A stretch of 49,375 nt of DNA. It comes from a virus. The position numbers and the translations under genes are program-made. The notes beneath the pieces are model-generated. The model was given only the letters and a program-made list of their open reading frames with translations. It did no database searches and was not told the DNA's origin. Shown in pieces: positions 43,289-49,375 of the stretch (position 1 is its first letter; each line of letters starts with the position of its first letter). The stretch lies in IMG/VR virus record IMGVR_UViG_3300005262_000002; one strand, 5' to 3'.

Positions 43289-45493
43289 GTGCATACCCAA
43301 CCTATAAAGCATGCGACGATTATACATTTCGTCCTGGGGGCCATCCTTCTCGCATATGTACTAGTCGTCAATGGTGCAGTTCCGGGTGTTTTGTCACCGA
43401 CGGCGGCTCAAGTGTTCTGGCTGATTGGTTTTTCGGAGTCCTTCGCTAATTACGGGTCTCTCTACGCGCACAACTTCGGCCTTCCTATGCCAGCGCCGAT
43501 TTCCTTTGGCATGGCGTCAGCGCTGCCCGCAGCCGTGCTTCTCAAGCTGGGGGTAGGGGTAGCAAGCGCGTATGCGCTGGTGTTCGCCGCGTGGCTGTCA
43601 GTGGCATTCGTGGGGGCATTCTTCTTTGTTCGGCACTTCGGAGTAGGCCAGAGAGACGCACTTCTGAGTGCGACGATCTGGTGCACCTTCCCAATCGTTT
43701 GGCAGCATCATCTCTATTCCGCATTGGCGCTCGGGGTTGCGATGTTGCCGGCATACTTCCTGATGGCCATTCTGGTCTGCGGCGGCCGGTTCTCCATTTG
43801 GTCGTCTCTGGGTCTTGCAAGTGCGGCAATCATAGCCGTCTTCCAAGATGGCTATACGTTCATGATGTTTGCGTTAGGGACCGGCATCCTTCTTTTGGGC
43901 GTCCTGGCCAAACGATGGCATTCGTTGAGCCGTGAGCTTCTTTATCGTTGCATCGTCGTGGCTGCGTCATTCGGCGTGGCCTACGCCCTCTATGCCGCCT
44001 ACGAGGGTCGGTCAGGATTCGGGGCTGAGCCGATCGACTTTTTCAGGGGCTGGGGAGCCAGTATCGAATTTTTCTTCACCCCGACCTACGGAATTCTGGC
44101 CCTGCCGGATTGGCTTGGCCTCAGTATCGATCGGTCGCCGGATGATTATTTCGGAGACGCATCGACATTCGTTTCAACGTTCTGCGCTCTCATCATGCTG
44201 ATTGCGCTATACGGGGCCTTCACCAAGAAAGTGAGCGTCTTCAAGCTCATAGTCTTCGGCCTTATTGCGCTGGTCGGGTTCTATATGTCGCTTGGCCCTA
44301 CAGTAAAGTTTTTGACGTTCCGAGGTGCTGGCGACACTCAGTTGATGCACGAAGCGTCAGGATGGTTTTCTACGGGAAGTGCCGCAATTTCGGAGAATTT
44401 GCCGGGATTCAAGAGCATGCGCGCGAGTTATCGGTGGGCCGCTCTCGGTATATTTGGCTGCTGGGCTATCTTCGTTCTGATGCTTGCCGGTGGACGGGTC
44501 AGCAGTATTGCTCGTTGGGTGATGATCGCGGTTTTGCTTCTGTTCAATGTGCCGAGCCCGGGTCAGTTTCACGAATACTGGCATCACCGCATTGTAATCA
44601 ATGACGTAGTCAACGAAATAGAAACGTGGCGCCCCGATTTTAAGCTAGGGGAAACAGTCGCATTCCTGCCTTACAGCAACGACTTCCTGATCAACTACGC
44701 TGCGAGCGCCCTCAAGATTAGGACGTTCAATGCCGGCGGTGACAAGAACGTTGTGTATGCCACCCAATACTGGCCGGAAGAGATGCTCGAATTTGAGCAA
44801 GGGCAGATAGGAAGTGGTTTCGGTCTGAAAGTAAAATCTCTCCTCGAGAGCGGGAAGGCGACCGCTGTAGCGCTTCCATATCTTAGCCTGCTCTGGGCAG
44901 CGCATGATTGGCCAACAGATGAAACCAATAGAAATGAGCTTAGCACGGTCGCGAGCGGCATTGCTGCTGATCCTCGGTATCAGGTGGTATACAGGGACCA
45001 CTATGCCGTCATCAGATTGAAGCCAGAGGCTGAACCGCTTGGAGTTGGAGCGGTGTGGGCGGCGATCCCGCCTATCGACCTGGATACTCCTGTTTCCTTC
45101 TCAAGTGACAAGCTGGATTTTGACCATCTAGTCGGGCGAGGTTGGTACTTGTCGGATCCGGTAGGAACGTGGTCCAAAAAGAAAAGTGCGTCTATCCTTG
45201 TCGACGCGTCCGACATTCCGGACGAAGCGTCGTTCCTGCGAGCAACGTTCACTGCGTATACGCCGAATGACACCTGCACGACCGTGGAGATTGCAAGCGG
45301 TGGCAATTCGCTTTTGAAGGAACGCTATTGCTCCCTCGCGGGGATGGTCACTGTGGACCTTCCGAAAGACAAGATCGCGGCAAATGGGCAGATCGACTTT
45401 ATCGTGGACACCCTGCGGTCGCCATCGGAATACGGCAGTGGCGACGGCAGGAGCCTCGGTATCTTCCTTCAGTCATTGACCGTCTCGAAGTGA
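43289..45493 (+). CDS. Large polytopic membrane protein (GT-C-like glycosyltransferase/polymerase candidate) with a C-terminal soluble domain
   Basis: 734 aa. Many TM segments in the first 430 aa or so. Visibly lower GC than the virion genes. GTG start. Confidence 0.55.
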   Translation: MHTQPIKHATIIHFVLGAILLAYVLVVNGAVPGVLSPTAAQVFWLIGFSESFANYGSLYAHNFGLPMPAPISFGMASALPAAVLLKLGVGVASAYALVFAAWLSVAFVGAFFFVRHFGVGQRDALLSATIWCTFPIVWQHHLYSALALGVAMLPAYFLMAILVCGGRFSIWSSLGLASAAIIAVFQDGYTFMMFALGTGILLLGVLAKRWHSLSRELLYRCIVVAASFGVAYALYAAYEGRSGFGAEPIDFFRGWGASIEFFFTPTYGILALPDWLGLSIDRSPDDYFGDASTFVSTFCALIMLIALYGAFTKKVSVFKLIVFGLIALVGFYMSLGPTVKFLTFRGAGDTQLMHEASGWFSTGSAAISENLPGFKSMRASYRWAALGIFGCWAIFVLMLAGGRVSSIARWVMIAVLLLFNVPSPGQFHEYWHHRIVINDVVNEIETWRPDFKLGETVAFLPYSNDFLINYAASALKIRTFNAGGDKNVVYATQYWPEEMLEFEQGQIGSGFGLKVKSLLESGKATAVALPYLSLLWAAHDWPTDETNRNELSTVASGIAADPRYQVVYRDHYAVIRLKPEAEPLGVGAVWAAIPPIDLDTPVSFSSDKLDFDHLVGRGWYLSDPVGTWSKKKSASILVDASDIPDEASFLRATFTAYTPNDTCTTVEIASGGNSLLKERYCSLAGMVTVDLPKDKIAANGQIDFIVDTLRSPSEYGSGDGRSLGIFLQSLTVSK

Positions 45494-45811
45494 TGCCACA
45501 TATAATGACGCCAATGGAAGCAGGACAACGAGAATGGCTGGCATCACTGTTAGGGATTGCCTCCCGCTCATCTTGAGCCTTCTGGTCGTTGCAGCGGCGG
45601 TGCTTTTCGTGAACAGCCGCACAATCTCAATACCGGACTCGGCAGCCAAATGCGTCACGAATTCGCCCAACAGTGACCAGGCGCCGGCGACGGTTTTCTG
45701 CCCCGGCTTCTAAGTCGACCTACCCTTGGATCGGACCCCATGGTAGCCGCGGGTTTTACGGCCACGCACAGATAGATGACGGTCTCTTTGAGGCAGCTGC
45801 AATCCTCTGGA

Positions 45812-46858
45812 TTATTGAGCGGTCGGCACGAGGGCCAGGTCCTCGATCCGCAAATAGTTGCCCCACGAGGACAGCAGTTCATCAACGCTGGACACGCTTC
45901 GCTCTCCGCCGGTGCGTTCTAGTACTCGAATGGAATAACCCAGTGCGGTTATCCATTCCAAAAACGCTTTTCCGCTCACGCCGGAGACTCGCTCTGTCAT
46001 CTCGAGACTGAATTCTATGGTGATGATCGGCTTGTGCTTGCGTATGAGTTGTTCGCCACCAGACAAGGCAAGATACTCTGCACCTTCGATATCGGCCTTG
46101 ATGAAGTTGACCTTGTCGTTGATGACTTCGTCAAGGCGCATCGTTGGAATCACAACGCAATTGGGGTGCATCAAGGTCTGTTGATCGCTCGGCATAAAGG
46201 AGCCGTTGCTGCCGATCTGAGGGGCGTAATATGCAGTGCCGTTTTCAGATGAGAGCGCGAACGGATGCAATGTGACATTGGTGAATTCATTAACTGCCTG
46301 GTTCAGCAGTAAAAGCCGACAGTTCTCGGTGTTTGGCTCGAAGGCGTGTATATGTCCAGCATCTCCGACGATGCTCGCCATTGCCATCGTGAAGTAGCCG
46401 ACGTTCGCGCCAATATCGAGAGCGTGCATCCCAAGTGTCAAATGCTTGCGTACGAAGGTCTCAAGGTGTGGCTCGTATTCCGCCCCAGCGACAAGGTGCG
46501 CGCCGACAGCCCCGTCGAAACGATCAGACATTAGCTTGAAGCCGTTGCGTTGCACTTCGCTGATGTCGTCGCTTCTAAACCTGACCGTTATTGGCGAAGA
46601 GTGCGCTTGTCGGTCGTACATGGTCAACAGCCGCCGCAACGTGGTGAGACCTTCCTCCCCTGGAGGGAAGGCATCAATCACCTGCAGTTCGGAGGGGGTA
46701 GGATCTTCTCCAAAGGCAAACCGGAAAATGTCGGCTGGTGCGCGTCTTTGAAGCTTAGACTTTTCCACGAGTAGCTGATCACGCTCATCAATGAGCGCCT
46801 GTCGCTCATCCCACAAGCGTTTGATCTGCGGCACACGCATTGCAATGGCCCGAAACAT
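45812..46858 (-). CDS. FkbM-family SAM-dependent methyltransferase
   Basis: ALDIGANVGYFTMAMA...IHAFEPNTENCRLLLLNQ...VNFIKADIEGAEYLALSGG...PIITIEF. GGAGGGGG RBS. Confidence 0.8.
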   Translation of the reverse strand: MFRAIAMRVPQIKRLWDERQALIDERDQLLVEKSKLQRRAPADIFRFAFGEDPTPSELQVIDAFPPGEEGLTTLRRLLTMYDRQAHSSPITVRFRSDDISEVQRNGFKLMSDRFDGAVGAHLVAGAEYEPHLETFVRKHLTLGMHALDIGANVGYFTMAMASIVGDAGHIHAFEPNTENCRLLLLNQAVNEFTNVTLHPFALSSENGTAYYAPQIGSNGSFMPSDQQTLMHPNCVVIPTMRLDEVINDKVNFIKADIEGAEYLALSGGEQLIRKHKPIITIEFSLEMTERVSGVSGKAFLEWITALGYSIRVLERTGGERSVSSVDELLSSWGNYLRIEDLALVPTAQ

Positions 46859-46965
46859 TCTTTCTTACCCCCTCCGCGAAGTCCATTGGCCATAGCAGCC
46901 ACGACATCCGCAACCTGCATAACTCAGGCAGGTTGCGGCAATCAACCCACAATCTGGAGCTTCTT

Positions 46966-47640
46966 ATGAAGACGAGCACCGAAGGGCTTATAGCCCTCAT
47001 CGGCCACGAAGGTATTGTCTTGTCCCGCTACAAAGACAGCGTAGGCGTCTGGACGATCGGCTGCGGCCACACGAAGGCGGCGGGCGGTCTGAATCCAGAG
47101 ACCTTCAAAGGCACGATCTCCCTGCAACAGGCGATCGATCTCCTCCGGACTGACATCGCCAAGTATGAGGACGCGGTGAATAAGGCGGTGAAGGTGCCGC
47201 TGACGCAGCCCGAGTTCGATGCTCTCGTTTCCTATCACTACAACACTGGCGCCATCGCGAGGGCAACACTCACCAAGACGCTGAATGCAGGCGACAAGGT
47301 GAGTGCCGGCAAGCAGCTCATGAACTGGGTGAAGCCTCCCGAGATCAAGGGCAGGCGCCAAGCCGAGAGCACGCTGTTTCTCACCGGCAAGTATCCGGCC
47401 CCTATGGCGACGATCTATCCAGCTGATGCGGCCGGCAAGGTCCAGTGGGGCAAGGGCGCACGCGTCAACGTCCGCGACCTCCTGAGCGCTGGCAGTATCG
47501 CCACGCCGCTCTCTCCCGCTCCGGTTCCAGTTCCAACTCCCAAGCCCGTCACCATTGAGCCGAAGCCCGTCTCTGACGGCAACTGGCTAGCTGCAATCAT
47601 CAAGGCAATCGCTGCCGTTTTCACGAGGAAAGAAGCATGA
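46966..47640 (+). CDS. Endolysin, T4-lysozyme-like (GH24), with a Pro-rich linker and a C-terminal hydrophobic helix
   Basis: LIALIGHEGIVLSRYKDSVGVWTIGCGHT. C-terminus PAPVPVPTPKPV...NWLAAIIKAIAAVFTRKEA. Confidence 0.85.
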   Translation: MKTSTEGLIALIGHEGIVLSRYKDSVGVWTIGCGHTKAAGGLNPETFKGTISLQQAIDLLRTDIAKYEDAVNKAVKVPLTQPEFDALVSYHYNTGAIARATLTKTLNAGDKVSAGKQLMNWVKPPEIKGRRQAESTLFLTGKYPAPMATIYPADAAGKVQWGKGARVNVRDLLSAGSIATPLSPAPVPVPTPKPVTIEPKPVSDGNWLAAIIKAIAAVFTRKEA

Positions 47641-47828
47641 CCGCTGTTATCGCAAGAATCGCATGCCGGTATGTCGCAGGCGCTCTCATCGCCAAGGGCT
47701 TCCTCGACGCCGGTACGGGCGACACGTTGGCATCCGACCCAGACGTGTTGATGCTCGTCGGCCTCGGCATCGGCGTGCTGACAGAGCTTGCCTATACCGT
47801 TGCAACGAAAATGGGCTGGAAGAGATGA
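47637..47828 (+). CDS. Holin-like two-TM protein (63 aa)
   Basis: ATGA coupling to the endolysin gene. Two hydrophobic segments. Confidence 0.55.
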   Translation: MTAVIARIACRYVAGALIAKGFLDAGTGDTLASDPDVLMLVGLGIGVLTELAYTVATKMGWKR

Positions 47829-48232
47829 TCTGGTCGCTCATCCTCGGTCTCTTCAAGGGTCCGTTGGGCCGGATTCTCGACACCGTGGACCGCAAGATCG
47901 ATAGCGAAACCGAACGCCAGCGCATCAAGAGCGAGACCGTAGAGAAGGCCATCGACGCGGAAATCTCAGCCAGGACCGCTTCGAAGGAAATCCGGGTCGC
48001 TACGGCCGGTTTCTGGGAGATGAGGATTATCACGTTCCTCATCGCGGGCTGCTTCGTGTCTCATCTCGTGCTGGTGACGATCGACACGAACCTTCAACTT
48101 GGCTGGGGCATCGCAAAGTTCCCGGCTCCCTTCGACGAATACGAGGGGACAATCCTTCTGTCGTTCTTCGGTCTGCAGGCTGCATCGTCAGGCATTGGCG
48201 CGATTGCAGCGGCGATCATGAAGCGAAAATAA
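47825..48232 (+). CDS. GTA-type 3TM holin-like membrane protein (135 aa)
   Basis: MIWSLILGLFKGPLGRILDTVDRKIDSETERQRI...FWEMRIITFLIAGCF resembles the GTA holin family pattern. Confidence 0.5.
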   Translation: MIWSLILGLFKGPLGRILDTVDRKIDSETERQRIKSETVEKAIDAEISARTASKEIRVATAGFWEMRIITFLIAGCFVSHLVLVTIDTNLQLGWGIAKFPAPFDEYEGTILLSFFGLQAASSGIGAIAAAIMKRK

Positions 48233-48368
48233 GCGGCCGGCGCTCGTGTTCCAGCACTGCGCCGACCTGACCGCATGATTCACGCGAGGAATCACGAGGC
48301 TGCGGCAAAGCTATCAGCCAAAGTGTTCCAAATTCTTTAAATGGCATGCAGCATAGGGGCACGGGGAA

Positions 48369-48716
48369 TTGACGCCAACGGAAGACGGAATGATGCATCG
48401 CGAACTCGGCATGCTAACGGCGAAAGTCGATATGATCCTTGAAGGGGTCCGACGATCGGAAGAAAAATCGGATGTTAGCCGTGCCTCGATGCATCGGCGC
48501 ATGGACGAGATTGCCGAACGTGTCGGCAAGGTCGAGGGCAATGTCTCAGCCGTCCAAGAGGACGTGGCCGAGATAAAGCCGACGGTCGATGAGGTGAAGG
48601 TGTGGCGGCAACGCGGCATTGGTGCTTTAGCCATCGTGGGCATCGGGGCCTCGGCACTAACCTTCATTGCCACAAAGTTCGGCGCGGCGCTCTTCGCGTG
48701 GGCGAGCAAGAGTTAG
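48369..48716 (+). CDS. Coiled-coil protein with C-terminal TM segments (DUF1515-like), lysis-associated by position
   Basis: Heptad-like N-terminus. C-terminus GIGALAIVGIGASALTFIATKFGAALFAWA. Confidence 0.5.
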   Translation: MTPTEDGMMHRELGMLTAKVDMILEGVRRSEEKSDVSRASMHRRMDEIAERVGKVEGNVSAVQEDVAEIKPTVDEVKVWRQRGIGALAIVGIGASALTFIATKFGAALFAWASKS

Positions 48717-48717
48717 C

Positions 48718-48876
48718 TCATCCCACCTTCTCCTGCTCCTTGAGGAGAGCCGCGTTCCTGATCGACGATATGCACTCACGAAGCGCGTTGATTTGCCCGA
48801 TATCCGTATAGAGCGGCAACCGAGCCTCAATGATCTGAACCGCCATCATCATGCCTTCCTGCTTCTTCCTGTCCAT
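48718..48876 (-). CDS. 52-aa hypothetical protein (not in the supplied ORF track)
   Basis: ATG overlaps the upstream stop (TGATG). MDRKKQEGMMMAVQIIEARLPLYTDIGQINALRECISSIRNAALLKEQEKVG. Confidence 0.35.
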   Translation of the reverse strand: MDRKKQEGMMMAVQIIEARLPLYTDIGQINALRECISSIRNAALLKEQEKVG

Positions 48877-49085
48877 CACAACACCCTCATCCTGTTCCCC
48901 TCAAGCATTTCTATCACCTTCTCAGAGTGCATTGCATATAGCGCGTTGACGATCTCGTCCTGCGTATACCGGTCATCCTTCAAGAGCAGCGGGCCGATAT
49001 CCAGTAGGCTGATCGGCGTTCCTCGCTCTGCCTTGCTGTTGGCGGCGTCTAGGATGGCTTGGCGGATGTCTGTGGTCTGGGTCAT
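48876..49085 (-). CDS. 69-aa hypothetical protein
   Basis: Start MTQTTDIRQAILDAANS. Last gene before the right-hand att copy. Confidence 0.45.
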   Translation of the reverse strand: MTQTTDIRQAILDAANSKAERGTPISLLDIGPLLLKDDRYTQDEIVNALYAMHSEKVIEMLEGNRMRVL

Positions 49086-49220
49086 GCGAGAACGTTCCGA
49101 GAATCGCTTGTGCCAAATTTGTGCCGTTTGTGTCGCCACGTACCTGAATCGTTCTGCTTTTTACCGCGAGAACCTGCAAGGTATATAAAGAGGGGAAAAT
49201 CGCGAAATACCGAAAAACCC

Positions 49221-49248
49221 CTTGCAAACAAAAGCGCATCGACATAAT
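49221..49248 (+). promoter_or_regulatory. Sigma70-like promoter candidate upstream of the tRNA-like fragment
   Basis: CTTGCA (49221-49226), 16-nt spacer, CATAAT (49243-49248). The -10 ends 11 nt before the tRNA-like G at 49260. Confidence 0.35.
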
Positions 49249-49255
49249 CACACCG

Positions 49256-49375
49256 CACCGGAGAGGTGGCCGAGTGGTCGAAGGCGCTCCCCTGCTAAGG
49301 GAGTTTAACATTTCCCTTCGGGCGCCCCTAACGATTTGTTTATGCTCGGTTTTCCTGTCAAGAATATTTTCTGAA
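49256..49375. repeat. Terminal direct repeat, copy 2 (identical to 1-120)
   Basis: Same 120-nt string as nt 1-120. Confidence 0.97.
49260..49303 (+). other. Second copy of the tRNA-Ser(GCU)-like 5' half
   Basis: Identical to nt 5-48. Preceded by CTTGCA-N16-CATAAT (49221-49248). Confidence 0.7.

Larger units (their letters stand above)
1..49375. mobile_element. Complete temperate phage / excised-prophage type genome (unit 49,255 bp plus 120-nt terminal redundancy)
   Basis: Integrase and att at the left end, CI/Cro immunity region, replication genes, terminase-to-tailspike virion module and lysis cassette. The first 120 nt are identical to the last 120 nt. Confidence 0.9.

Noticed and set aside
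45473-45811. Small ORFs in the gap between the membrane protein and FkbM genes (45473-45670 minus, 45328-45576 plus, 45673-46011 plus)
   Set aside because: They are mutually overlapping, lack RBSs and are not protein-like. The gap is more likely a convergent 3' region.

Overview
The window is essentially one complete temperate phage or excised prophage genome. The unit length is 49,255 bp, and nt 1-120 are repeated exactly at 49256-49375. The DNA is GC-rich, and the gene content points to an alphaproteobacterial, Rhizobiales-like host: GcrA-like regulators, an MT-A70 methylase, a GTA-type holin and a GTA head-spike-like protein.

Layout, left to right:
- an att region with a tRNA-Ser 5' half, a tyrosine integrase and an Xis-like gene
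- a long, tightly coupled leftward early operon (three HNH/GIY-type nucleases, NinB, RecT and many small unknown ORFs)
- an immunity region (Arc-like RHH protein, an S24-domain-only protein lacking the catalytic dyad, a CI/LexA-type repressor, Cro-like and XRE regulators, and repeated TACG-N7-CGTA operator-like sites)
- a rightward replication and epigenetic operon (GcrA-like, RuvC-like, MT-A70 adenine methylase, DnaB-like helicase, C5 cytosine methylase, a second GcrA-HTH protein)
- a lower-GC cluster of small morons
- a late operon (TerS, TerL, HNH-AP2, T7-type portal, scaffold, capsid, tubular proteins A and B, internal virion proteins, beta-helix tailspike)
- a lower-GC surface-conversion module (large polytopic membrane protein plus FkbM methyltransferase)
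- a lysis cassette

The most unusual observation is at 16584-17647. The C5-methyltransferase gene and a second full-length ORF in the +1 frame are both open over about 1.04 kb from overlapping start codons (ATGTG). Both translations carry recognisable motifs, and codon-position GC switches from favouring one frame to the other near a CTT-GGG-G site.

All functional calls come from reading the translations by eye. No database search was run.
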